A stretch of DNA of 55,483 nt from a virus (lineage: Duplodnaviria > Caudoviricetes): positions 1 to 55,483 of the IMG/VR virus record IMGVR_UViG_3300015192_000002. One strand, written 5' to 3'. The notes under the pieces were generated by a model. It was not told where the DNA came from. It did no database searches and saw nothing but the letters and a program-made list of their open reading frames with translations. The position numbers and the translations under genes were made by a program. Shown in pieces: positions 1-8,704 of the stretch. The first letter of the stretch is position 1. Each line of letters opens with the position of its first letter.

Positions 1-13
1 TGCTCGAAAGCCC

Positions 14-139
14 GCTCCATGAAAGCTTCAAACACGCGAGGGTTTCGGGCGAATGGTTCCGTCCGACCGAGGGCCTGCTGGCACTAATCGGCGGCCTCGT
101 AAAGTGCGTTTAGCGACCAAGCGGTTGACTGCTAACAAA
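14..139 (+). repeat. Terminal direct repeat, copy 1 (circular assembly overlap)
   Basis: 14-139 is identical to 55358-55483 (126 bp); bases 1-13 do not match. Confidence 0.95.
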
Positions 140-153
140 AACGGCTGTAGAAA
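125..153 (+). promoter_or_regulatory. Sigma70-like promoter, candidate late (PR'-like) promoter
   Basis: TTGACT-N17-TAGAAA in an AT-rich intergenic patch upstream of the late arm. Confidence 0.55.
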
Positions 154-227
154 TAGTAGAAGCTGGACGTTGTACGCTCGACGCTGTTCGGTTTTCACCG
201 CGTCGGCCCCATCAAGACAGGTGCGCC

Positions 228-629
228 ATGGGCGACGTGCTTGAGTTCAAGCCGCGCCGGTCCACCACCACCGTTTCCGCTGGTCCGCTGCCCCCGAACG
301 AAAAGCGCGACGCGCTCCTGCGCATCCTCGACACGGGCGTCGCGATGGTGCACCTCGATGCAAGGCTTCCCGGCGTGGCCGTCCCGGCGCAGTACGCTGG
401 CGACTATCACCTGCGGCTGAAGTTCTCCTGGAAGTACCGCATCCACGATCTCGACATCGGTGCGGAGAAGGTGGTCGGCTCGCTGTCGTTCTCTGGCAGA
501 AGCTTCCGCGTCGAGCTTCCGTGGGCAGCCATCTTCGCCATCACCAGCGAGTCCCGCCGGGAGATGTCCGAGCACTGGCTCAAGGATGTGCCGACCGAGC
601 TGGTGCAGGCCAAGCCTGACGCCGGCTGA
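228..629 (+). CDS. sspB: ClpXP adaptor SspB-like protein
   Basis: MVHLDARLPGVAVP...HLRLKFS...DLDIG...SLSFSG..F.VELPWAAIFAI matches the myxobacterial SspB core as I recall it. Confidence 0.8.
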   Translation: MGDVLEFKPRRSTTTVSAGPLPPNEKRDALLRILDTGVAMVHLDARLPGVAVPAQYAGDYHLRLKFSWKYRIHDLDIGAEKVVGSLSFSGRSFRVELPWAAIFAITSESRREMSEHWLKDVPTELVQAKPDAG

Positions 630-630
630 A

Positions 631-900
631 ATGCGCCTCCTCCACTACAGCGACAAGCCGCTGGCCGCGACGCCGCGGGCCACCTGGCAGCCGTACAAAC
701 ACAACGGTCGCGGGACGGTCGTGATCCGCTGTCCGTCCTGTGCAAAGGCCATGAGCCTGCCGCACCACCGGATCGACCACGACGGGGTAGTGCTGCAGCC
801 GGTGACCTGCCCGTTTGTGAAGACCGGGCGCTGTACGATGAAGAAGGCCAAGCTCGTGCTGCTCGGCTGGATCGAGCACTGGGCGCAGGCTCCGAACTGA
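631..900 (+). CDS. Small Cys/His zinc-binding protein
   Basis: ATG directly after the sspB stop; RCPSC...H.IDHDG.V...VTCP...C. Confidence 0.6.
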   Translation: MRLLHYSDKPLAATPRATWQPYKHNGRGTVVIRCPSCAKAMSLPHHRIDHDGVVLQPVTCPFVKTGRCTMKKAKLVLLGWIEHWAQAPN

Positions 901-928
901 CTCCCGGCCAGCTTTCCGCGAGGTCTGA

Positions 929-1234
929 ATGGCCGAATCCAAGACCGAGCCGGCGTTCTCGCTCCCTCGCTCGCTCAGCCAGCGTCGTCCGTGGTGGCTC
1001 GCGGCGCTGCTCTCTGGAGTGGGGATCGGGATCGGCGTGGTCGTCACGCTCGGACTGGCCGGTTCGCAGGCGCGCGGGGAGTCGCCCATGCGGTCGTCCA
1101 GCATGACAATGCAGGCTCCGACCGACGCCGAATGGCGAGCACAGATTTCGGCCAAGCTCAACGAGATGGGCGCGCAACAGAACGAGATGGGCCAGCGGCT
1201 CGCGCGCATCGAGGGCCGAATGGAGCGCCGATGA
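929..1234 (+). CDS. Single-TM membrane protein with C-terminal coiled coil
   Basis: GAGG RBS, hydrophobic segment, LARIEG ending typical of small phage membrane proteins. Confidence 0.6.
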   Translation: MAESKTEPAFSLPRSLSQRRPWWLAALLSGVGIGIGVVVTLGLAGSQARGESPMRSSSMTMQAPTDAEWRAQISAKLNEMGAQQNEMGQRLARIEGRMERR

Positions 1235-1508
1235 TTCCGCAGGAAGCCCACGCCCCGTGACACTCTCGCGGCTCCGCGCGGCACGCGCGGCGGTCGCTAC
1301 TGTTCTTGCCCTCGGGATCGCGGTGGGGTTGCTGGCGATGGTGGAGCTGCAGCGGCTGGTGGCGGAGGCTGACGATGAGGAACGCGCGCAACGGCCCGAC
1401 GATCGACAATGAGTGGGACACCATCGCGAACTTCGGCGCGCTGTGCACCGCGGTCGCGCTGGTCGCCATCGCCGTTCTCTTCTGGCCTGAAGTCCTGAGC
1501 TTGCTGCC

Positions 1509-1721
1509 GTGAACCTCGTGGAAGCCGCGATGCTCGACCAAGAGCGGCGGATCCTCGCAGCCTCGCCGAAAGACCTCCTCGTCCAGCGTCAGCACGATGA
1601 GTGCAGGTTGTGCGGGGGCAAGGTGACCCGGTGGAATCGGTTCGGCGTCTGCGCCAGCACCCCGCAATGCCGAACGCTCGCCACGAAGGAATGCAAGGCC
1701 AGAAGGAAGGCTCGCGAGTGA
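1509..1721 (+). CDS. Hypothetical Cys-rich protein
   Basis: GTGA overlap coupling; CRLC...C...C. Confidence 0.5.
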   Translation: MNLVEAAMLDQERRILAASPKDLLVQRQHDECRLCGGKVTRWNRFGVCASTPQCRTLATKECKARRKARE

Positions 1722-1876
1722 GACGCCTGCGGCTGGTGACCGGCTCCTGCGCGAAGTGTTCCCGCCCGGATCGGGTATGGCCCTTCGCCGGCCGGCTGCT
1801 TTGTGAAGCCGACTGGCGGCAAGCACTCGCGGAAGCCGCGCGCAAGATGGAAGACGAGGCCGCGGCAGCGGCATAG
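1718..1876 (+). CDS. Hypothetical small protein
   Basis: GTGA overlap; CAKC...LC. Confidence 0.45.
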   Translation: MRRLRLVTGSCAKCSRPDRVWPFAGRLLCEADWRQALAEAARKMEDEAAAAA

Positions 1877-1885
1877 AGGCTCCGA

Positions 1886-2206
1886 ATGGGCCATCCAGAT
1901 CACCAACGGATCGTGCGCCACTGCTCCACCTGCGGCGAGGTGGAGTTCACCGCCGTGCTGGTGGCGGTCGTGATCGACGCGCCTGGGATGGCAGAGCCAC
2001 TGAACCTCACGCCCAACGACAAGCTGCGCATCTGCGACAGCGGCAACCGAGACTGCGATGCGCGATGGACCTTCGTGACGAAGTGCGCGTCGGCACACGA
2101 GTTGTCGCGGAACGCCGGGCCGTGGACTTGGGCCGCGCTTGTGTTCAGGGATGGGCGCGGGTTCACACTGAAGGCCAAGCGGCGCGAGATCGTGGGCATG
2201 GCGTGA
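1886..2206 (+). CDS. Hypothetical protein
   Basis: ORF in a coupled gene run; CSTC motif. Confidence 0.55.
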   Translation: MGHPDHQRIVRHCSTCGEVEFTAVLVAVVIDAPGMAEPLNLTPNDKLRICDSGNRDCDARWTFVTKCASAHELSRNAGPWTWAALVFRDGRGFTLKAKRREIVGMA

Positions 2207-2442
2207 CGGTCGAGGCGTCCGTCCTGGCGACGCTCGGCTCGATGCTCGAGCTACTCACCAACCACGGGCCCCGCGCTTGCGGCGACGAGATGGCGCACAA
2301 GGACGGCGATCGACCGATGCTGGAATCGCGGCTCGGAGTGCTCGACAAGGACCGCAGCGCCGGAGTGGATGCCGCGGTCTATCAGTGCTGCTGCGGATGG
2401 GTCCGGTATGAGCGGCTGAGTCCGCCGGGAGTCAGGGGCTGA
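2203..2442 (+). CDS. Hypothetical protein
   Basis: GTGA overlap with the upstream gene, TGATG overlap with the downstream gene. Confidence 0.45.
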   Translation: MTVEASVLATLGSMLELLTNHGPRACGDEMAHKDGDRPMLESRLGVLDKDRSAGVDAAVYQCCCGWVRYERLSPPGVRG

Positions 2443-2690
2443 TGCTGGCCCACCGCACCGCCTACGATCTCGCCCGCCAGCGCTTCCAGGCACAGGACCG
2501 CCGCCTTCGCCACGTTGCCCTCGCTCGTCCGGTGCCGGTCCGGGAGACAGTCGCCAAGCGCCCCGCGGAGGACGTGCCCTTCACTCCGCCCGCAGTCACC
2601 ATCCTCAAGCCCAAGCCCGAGACACCAGAGGACGTGCGCCGGTTCGTGGTGGAGCAATTCAGGGAAGCAGCCCGGAAGAGGAGCGCATGA
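2442..2690 (+). CDS. Hypothetical protein
   Basis: Start/stop overlaps at both ends. Confidence 0.5.
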   Translation: MLAHRTAYDLARQRFQAQDRRLRHVALARPVPVRETVAKRPAEDVPFTPPAVTILKPKPETPEDVRRFVVEQFREAARKRSA

Positions 2691-2986
2691 TCAACGCCCA
2701 CTCGTTCACCGCGCCGACCGTGTCGCCGCTCTCCCTGGCGCCCGCTGCGTCGCTGCGGTTCGGGATCTCCCCCAAGAGCACCGCGGCCTCGCTCCGGCAG
2801 CTTGCGGACATGATCGACTCCGGCGCGGTCACGCTCGATTCGGTCCGGGTGCAGTCCCTCGCCAGCCATGAGGACTGGACGACCACCGTCCTTCGTCTCA
2901 AGCTGTACGAGAGGGCACCGCTCCAGCCGTCCACCGAGGCGGAGGTCAACGCCTTCATCGCGGCGGTGCAGGCCGACCCGTCCTGA
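2687..2986 (+). CDS. Hypothetical protein
   Basis: GAGGAG RBS, ATGA overlap. Confidence 0.55.
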   Translation: MINAHSFTAPTVSPLSLAPAASLRFGISPKSTAASLRQLADMIDSGAVTLDSVRVQSLASHEDWTTTVLRLKLYERAPLQPSTEAEVNAFIAAVQADPS

Positions 2987-3324
2987 TGCCTCTCCGGTCT
3001 GCTCATCCCTGCGCCTTTCCGTCTTGCCCCGCGCTAGTCCGTGGCCAGCCCCGCTGCCCTGCGCACACCGTGGCGCGGCCAAGCTCTGCGGCTCGCGGCT
3101 ACGGCTCAGACTGGCAGCGCCTTCGCCTTCGCCACCTCGCGGCCCATCCCGACTGCGGCGAGTGCATAAAGGCAGGGCGCAGCGTGACCGCCACCGACGT
3201 GGACCATGTCCGCCCCCACCGTGGCAACGAGGCGCTCCGGCTCGACCCGGCCAACCTCCAGGCGCTCTGCCATGGATGCCACAGCCGCAAGACCAGCACC
3301 CGCGATGGTGGGTTCGGACGCTGA
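2986..3324 (+). CDS. Packaging-associated HNH endonuclease (HK97 gp74-like)
   Basis: RGYGSDW..LR...L..HP.C..C, DVDHV.PH, NLQALCHGCHSRKT; lies upstream of terS. Confidence 0.92.
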   Translation: MPLRSAHPCAFPSCPALVRGQPRCPAHTVARPSSAARGYGSDWQRLRLRHLAAHPDCGECIKAGRSVTATDVDHVRPHRGNEALRLDPANLQALCHGCHSRKTSTRDGGFGR

Positions 3325-3335
3325 CCGCCAGCCAT

Positions 3336-3400
3336 CCCCTGAAGGGAGGGGGCGGGTCGAATCTCTACGGGACATGGGGCGCGTGACCGCTCCCACCGAA
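3336..3400 (+). other. Candidate cos (cohesive end) region
   Basis: HNH-terS intergenic segment with GGGAGGGGGCGGGTCGAATC...GACCGC, the usual position and composition in HK97-like phages; cut site not determinable. Confidence 0.5.
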
Positions 3401-3458
3401 AAACTCACAAATACGCTTTTCAGTGTATTTCGCCCTTTGCAAATTTGAGGTAGCACGA

Positions 3459-3968
3459 ATGCCTGTCCCGCCCGGCTCAACGAAGGCGCGGGTGCCTACG
3501 GCGCTCAAATTGCTCAGGGGGACCCTGAACAAGTCCCGAGAGGCAAAGCAGTCCCGCAGCCCGCCAGCCGTCACGCTGGGCATTCCGGATGCGCCGGATC
3601 ACCTCGACGAAGAGGAGTCGGCGGCGTGGGAGCGGTTCGCGCGGATCCTCTCCCCTCTGCGGGTGTGCGCGCAGGAAGATTTCGCGGCGCTCGAGTCGCT
3701 GGTGACGGCGTGGGTGCAGGTGCAGCGGCTGCGCGCCGAGCTGCGCGCCGATGCGGCAGCCGGGGACAAGAAGCTGACCTACGAGTCGGTCAACGATAAG
3801 GGCGCGACCATGCAGCGCGTCAAGCCTGCCGTGACCGCCCTCAACGAAGTGGATCGGCGCCTCAAGGACTGGCTCGGACGGTTCGGGTTGACGCCGGCGG
3901 ATCGCGGACGGGTGAGCGCGGACACCGATGGGAAGAAAGCCGGGGACAGGGAAGCCGAGTTCGCGTAA
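3459..3968 (+). CDS. terS: Terminase small subunit (P27 family)
   Basis: PTALKLLRG, P.APDHLDEE...AW, FGLTPADR. Confidence 0.9.
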   Translation: MPVPPGSTKARVPTALKLLRGTLNKSREAKQSRSPPAVTLGIPDAPDHLDEEESAAWERFARILSPLRVCAQEDFAALESLVTAWVQVQRLRAELRADAAAGDKKLTYESVNDKGATMQRVKPAVTALNEVDRRLKDWLGRFGLTPADRGRVSADTDGKKAGDREAEFA

Positions 3969-5868
3969 GCCCAAGAGCGCTCGCGTTGAGTTGGGTCCGG
4001 CCTCGCTCGACGCGATCGAGGAAGCCGCCGCGCCGCTGCCGCCGCGGGACGTCCACGTCGCGAAGGCGCTGCAGTACATCGACGATGTTCTCTCGGGCGG
4101 GGTGTTGGCCTGCAAGTACGTCAGGCAAGCCTGCCAGCGGCAACGCAACGACCTCGAGCGCTACAAGGACAGCGCCGTCTTCGCCTTTGACCCGGACCTC
4201 GCCGGCCGCGTCTGTCGCTTCATCGAGCTCCTGCCCCACACGCAGGGGCCGGACGCCAGCGACCTCGAGAACGGGGAGCCGAACTGCGTCGTCCTGCAGC
4301 CGTGGCAGTGCTTCATCCTGACGACGGTCTTCGGTTGGCGGAGGAAGGACACTGGTGGCCGGCGCTACCGCAAGGCATACGTCGAGGTGCCCCGCGGCAA
4401 CGGCAAGAGCTTCCTGCTCTCCGGTGTGGCGATCTACGGGCTGACCTCGGACGGCGAGCAGGGACCCGAGAACTACAGCGCCGCGACCACCAAGGAGCAG
4501 TCGCAAAAGGTGTTCGAGGTGGCGCAGCAGATGCTCCGGCGGAAGCCGGCATTCGCGGCCAAGATCGGCGCGGTCGTCAACGAGCACGCGATCCTGTGCC
4601 CGAAGAACAACGGGAAGTTTTTCGCGCTCTCCAGGGAGGCCGGGCGCAGCGGCGACGGCAAGAACCCGCATGTAGCCGTGGTGGACGAACTGCACGCGCA
4701 CAAGACGCGGGCGATCTACGACGTCCTCAAGACGGCGATGGCGAAGAGGACCGCCTCGCTCTTGTTCGTCATCACGACGGCGGGATTCGACACCTCGGGT
4801 ATCTGCTATGAGGTCCGTAGCTTCTGCGCGAAGATGCTCGCGGGCGAGGCGACGGACGAGTCGCAATTTGCGATCATCTACACGCTGGACGACGGGGACG
4901 ACTGGCTCGACGAGGTCCTCTGGAAGAAGGCCAACCCGAACTGGGGCGTATCGGTACAGCCGGACTCGTTCGCGTCTGACGCAGCCCAGGCCGCGCAGAT
5001 CCCGTCCGAGCAGAACAACTTCAAGACCAAGCACCTCGGCGTCTGGTGCAACGCCGACCGGCCGTGGATGGACATGAAAGCGTGGGACCTCTGCGGAGAC
5101 CCTGCGCTCGACCGGGCCGACTTCACCGGGCAGCCGTGCATGATCGGCCTAGACCTCGCCAGCAAGGTGGACATCGCCGCGAAGGCGTCGGTCTTCTGGA
5201 AAGACCTGATGGTCGAGGTCTGCGGAGCCTGCGGGAATCACGCCGACCGCCATCCGGTGGCGATCCCCGCGAAGAAAGACGCGCCGGGTTTCATCTGCGA
5301 GGCCGCGGCAACGTCCGAATCGAAAGCTGAGCGGCACTACTACCTCTTCGTTGACTCCTATCTACCCGAGGCCAAAATCTCGGAGTCGCGCAATTCGCAG
5401 TACGCCGGGTGGGTGCGCGAGGGGTGCATCACCACCACCCCCGGCGACGTGACCGACTTCGGAGTCATCCGGGACCAGATCATCGCCGACCGTTCCCGAT
5501 TCGATCTGCGTGAGGTCGCCTACGACGAATGGCAGGCCGTCCAGCTTGCGCAGGAGATGGAAGCGTCCGGGTTGAAGACGGTGAAGGTGCCGCAGAACAG
5601 CCGGCACCTCAGCGCGCCGATGAAGGAAGCCGAGGCGCTGGTGCTTTCGCGGCGGCTACATCACGACGGGAATCCGGCGATGCGCTGGATGGTGAGCAAC
5701 GTGGTGGCGCACGAGGACGAGCACGGCATGGTGAGGCCCACCAAGATGGTCCCCGAGAACAAGATCGACGGGCCGGTGGCGTTCTTCTCGGTGATGCGGT
5801 TGGCGATGCTCGTCGGTGCGGACACAACGTCTTCGTATCTCGAGACCGGGGAGCTTCTGACCGTATGA
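3928..5868 (+). CDS. terL: Terminase large subunit
   Basis: LQPWQCFI, Walker A VPRGNGKS, Walker B VVDELH, ITTAG, GLDLAS, KIDGPVA. Confidence 0.97.
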   Translation: MGRKPGTGKPSSRKPKSARVELGPASLDAIEEAAAPLPPRDVHVAKALQYIDDVLSGGVLACKYVRQACQRQRNDLERYKDSAVFAFDPDLAGRVCRFIELLPHTQGPDASDLENGEPNCVVLQPWQCFILTTVFGWRRKDTGGRRYRKAYVEVPRGNGKSFLLSGVAIYGLTSDGEQGPENYSAATTKEQSQKVFEVAQQMLRRKPAFAAKIGAVVNEHAILCPKNNGKFFALSREAGRSGDGKNPHVAVVDELHAHKTRAIYDVLKTAMAKRTASLLFVITTAGFDTSGICYEVRSFCAKMLAGEATDESQFAIIYTLDDGDDWLDEVLWKKANPNWGVSVQPDSFASDAAQAAQIPSEQNNFKTKHLGVWCNADRPWMDMKAWDLCGDPALDRADFTGQPCMIGLDLASKVDIAAKASVFWKDLMVEVCGACGNHADRHPVAIPAKKDAPGFICEAAATSESKAERHYYLFVDSYLPEAKISESRNSQYAGWVREGCITTTPGDVTDFGVIRDQIIADRSRFDLREVAYDEWQAVQLAQEMEASGLKTVKVPQNSRHLSAPMKEAEALVLSRRLHHDGNPAMRWMVSNVVAHEDEHGMVRPTKMVPENKIDGPVAFFSVMRLAMLVGADTTSSYLETGELLTV

Positions 5869-6044
5869 GCGAGACCGCCGATCAGAAGCCCACGCCGCAC
5901 AGGCGATGGCCCGACGCCGCCATGGCGCTGGGCCTCGTGCTGCTCATGGCTGGCGTGTGGCAGGCGCTGCGCGTTCCGGGAATGCTGATCCTCGGAGGCC
6001 TTGCGTCCATCGCGGTCGCGGTGGCGGGAGCGCGACTCGAATGA
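5865..6044 (+). CDS. Small two-TM membrane protein between terL and portal
   Basis: ATGA overlaps at both ends; hydrophobic; common at this position. Confidence 0.7.
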   Translation: MSETADQKPTPHRRWPDAAMALGLVLLMAGVWQALRVPGMLILGGLASIAVAVAGARLE

Positions 6045-7438
6045 GCTACCTCGCGCGACTCGTGAGGGGCCAGCCGGAAACGAAGGTGCTCGATGCCTCG
6101 GCGCTGCTCTACGACAACCTCTTCGGCGGGCCTGCGTCGAAGTCGGGCGTTGCCGTCTCGGTGGAGAGTTCGCTCAAGGTGACGGCTGTTCTCGCCTGCG
6201 TGCGCGTGCTCTCGGAGGGGATCGCGCAGCTGCCGCTCAAGCTGTACCAAGAGCGCGACGACGGGGTGAAGCAGATCGCGAAGTCGCACCCGCTCTACAA
6301 GAAGCTCTGGCGCCGCCCGAATGGTTTTCAGACCTCCTTCGAGTGGCGCGAAAGCAAGATGCTGCACGCCTGTCTGACTCACGGCGGATTCGACATCATC
6401 AGCCGCAACGGCGTCGGGGAAGTGCTGGAGTTCCTGCCAGTCATGCCCGGACAAGTGCGGGTGATCCAGAGCGCCGATTACTCGGTGTCGTACGAAATCT
6501 CCAACGGCGCCGGGACGCGGCGCAGCTACCCGAAGGCGTCGATCCTCCACCTGAAGGGGCCGAGCTGGAACGGCTTCTCCGGGCTGGAGGCGATCATCCA
6601 GGCGCGCGAGGCGATCGGGCTGTCCATTGCGGCAGAGGAAAGCCTCGCACGGCTCTACTCGAATGGCGCACGGCCGAGCGGCCTGCTCTCGACGGACAGC
6701 AAGCTCGAGCCGGCGAACCTCGACAAGATCAAGCGGGCTTTTCAAGAGGGCTACGCCGGCCTGCAGAACGCCTTCCGCACCATCGTCCTCGACGCGGGAA
6801 TGAAGTTTTCGCAGATGTCGATGTCCCCGGTGGACAGCCAGACGCACGAGTCGCGCAAGCACCAGATCGAAGAGATTTGCCGGGTCTTCCGGGTGTTCCC
6901 GCAGATGATCGGCTACGGGGACAAGACGAGCACCTACGCCAGCGCCGAGCAGTTCTTTATGGCGCACGTCACGCACACGCTGATGCCGTGGATCGAGCGG
7001 TTCGAGCAGATGCTCGCGGTGCAACTGCTCACCGAGGAAGAATTGGACGCGGGGTACTTCCCCAAGTTCTCGGTCGCTGCTCTCTTGCGCGGCGACGCGA
7101 AGAGCAGGGCGGAATACTACGCATCCGGGATCCTCAACGGCTGGATGACGCGCAACGAGTCGCGCAAGCTGGAAGACCTCGATCCACTGGACGGCCTCGA
7201 TGAGCCGCTCGTCCCGATGAACATGGCGACGCGCGCAGCCGCAGGCGATCCAGCGCCGGGGGCAGGCAAGGCGAACACAAAGATGCTGGCCAGGGCGATT
7301 GCGGATCAGATGGGCGCGCCGGGGCTGGAAGAGAAGATTGGCCGCGTGCTGTCGGCGCGGAACGAAGGAAAGCTGCAGCAGGCGCGGGACCTCCTAGACG
7401 AGGTGCTGCAGCAGGTGGACGCGCAGCAAGACTCATGA
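6041..7438 (+). CDS. HK97-family portal protein
   Basis: AVLACVRVLSEGIAQLPLKLY, NGARPSG, EEICRVFRV, LLRGDAKSRAEYY, GWMTRNE.R. Confidence 0.96.
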   Translation: MSYLARLVRGQPETKVLDASALLYDNLFGGPASKSGVAVSVESSLKVTAVLACVRVLSEGIAQLPLKLYQERDDGVKQIAKSHPLYKKLWRRPNGFQTSFEWRESKMLHACLTHGGFDIISRNGVGEVLEFLPVMPGQVRVIQSADYSVSYEISNGAGTRRSYPKASILHLKGPSWNGFSGLEAIIQAREAIGLSIAAEESLARLYSNGARPSGLLSTDSKLEPANLDKIKRAFQEGYAGLQNAFRTIVLDAGMKFSQMSMSPVDSQTHESRKHQIEEICRVFRVFPQMIGYGDKTSTYASAEQFFMAHVTHTLMPWIERFEQMLAVQLLTEEELDAGYFPKFSVAALLRGDAKSRAEYYASGILNGWMTRNESRKLEDLDPLDGLDEPLVPMNMATRAAAGDPAPGAGKANTKMLARAIADQMGAPGLEEKIGRVLSARNEGKLQQARDLLDEVLQQVDAQQDS

Positions 7439-7629
7439 GCGCAGACGCAGACAGTCGGGTCGAGGAAGCCGAGCGGCGCGCGAGAGATGCTGCGGCCGAA
7501 CTTCTCGAAGAGCGCGCGCTCAACATGCGGGCGAGCGGTATCGAGGCGCAGCGGACCGCCGACGCCGAGGACCGCATCCGGCGGCTGGAGGCGCTGCTGC
7601 GAGCGCACGAGATCGAGGTCCCGACATGA
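7435..7629 (+). CDS. Small coiled-coil hypothetical protein
   Basis: ATGA overlaps at both ends. Confidence 0.55.
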   Translation: MSADADSRVEEAERRARDAAAELLEERALNMRASGIEAQRTADAEDRIRRLEALLRAHEIEVPT

Positions 7630-8594
7630 AGAAGATGACCGACGTCAAATTCGCCACCGAGATGATCCCGCACCACCAGATGGCGATCGACATGGCGAAC
7701 GGCCTCTTGGGGTCTGGCACTGAACCCGCTCCCGAGATCGCGGCGATCGCCAGGAACATCCTCGTCACACAGCGGGCCGAGATCGACGAAATGCAGAAGT
7801 GGCTCGACTCCAGGGGCGATGACGCCCAAACGAAATCTTCCCCCAGGAGGGGCGGCGGTATGGACCTCAAAAACAAGAAGTCAGCACGTCCGGAGCGGAG
7901 CTTTGCCATCACCCGTCTGGAGATCAAGAAGGCCTCGCCCGACGGCAAGGTGGACGGCGAGGCCGGCGAACCCGACGGCAGCTTCGACGGATACGGGGCG
8001 CTCTTCAACAGCCCGCATCCGACCTCGGCGTGGAGCCTGCCTCCGGACTGGATGGACCTCGTCGCTCCGGGTGCATTCAAGCGCACGATGGGCGAGCACA
8101 AGGCGCGCGGCACGATGCCTGCCCTCCTCTGGATGCACGACCTCGCGGACCCGATGGGCGCGTGGAACGACATCTCAGAGGACAAGATCGGACTGGCGGT
8201 GGACGGCCAGCTCTGCCTCGACGTCCAGACGATCAAGGACCGGCATGCGCTGATGAAGATGGGAGCGGCCAAGGGGCTCTCCATCGGCTTCGTGCCGGTG
8301 AAGACCGAGATCGACGAGAAGGCCAAGCAGCGGCGGATCCTCGACGTGGACCTCTTCGAGATCAGCGTGGTGACGATCCCCGGGGATCCTTCCGCTGGTG
8401 TAACCGACATGAAGTCTTTCGATCCGAGCAACATCCGAGAATTGGAGGGCGCCCTGCGTGACGCGGGCCTGTCCTCCACCGAGGCCAAGCGGCTTCTCGC
8501 CGGTGGCTTCAAGGCTCTCTCGCAGCGTGACGCTGACGACGATGAGACCGCGCAGGCGTTCGAGAAGCTGATGAAGGCGCTGAAGGGCGAGTAG
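7626..8594 (+). CDS. HK97 prohead protease with N-terminal DUF305-like domain
   Basis: FDGYGALFN, D.VAPGAF, LLWMHD, GLSIGF, LFEISVVTIP; N-terminus MIPHHQMAIDMA...QRAEIDEMQKWL. Confidence 0.9.
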   Translation: MKKMTDVKFATEMIPHHQMAIDMANGLLGSGTEPAPEIAAIARNILVTQRAEIDEMQKWLDSRGDDAQTKSSPRRGGGMDLKNKKSARPERSFAITRLEIKKASPDGKVDGEAGEPDGSFDGYGALFNSPHPTSAWSLPPDWMDLVAPGAFKRTMGEHKARGTMPALLWMHDLADPMGAWNDISEDKIGLAVDGQLCLDVQTIKDRHALMKMGAAKGLSIGFVPVKTEIDEKAKQRRILDVDLFEISVVTIPGDPSAGVTDMKSFDPSNIRELEGALRDAGLSSTEAKRLLAGGFKALSQRDADDDETAQAFEKLMKALKGE

Positions 8595-8704
8595 CCCCGC
8601 AGGCCACCCACCCACCTCACACAACCCGGCAACCAGCGCAGGCCCTGGACCGCACACGCGGCCCGGGGTGCTCGCGCTTCGTCGCCAGAAAGAAAAGGAA
8701 GCAG

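Noticed and set aside
1-139. Biological terminal repeat
   Set aside because: It cuts through a gene, and its length is k-mer-like with 13 unmatched leading bases; more likely an assembly overlap, since the packaging genes indicate cos ends near 3.35 kb
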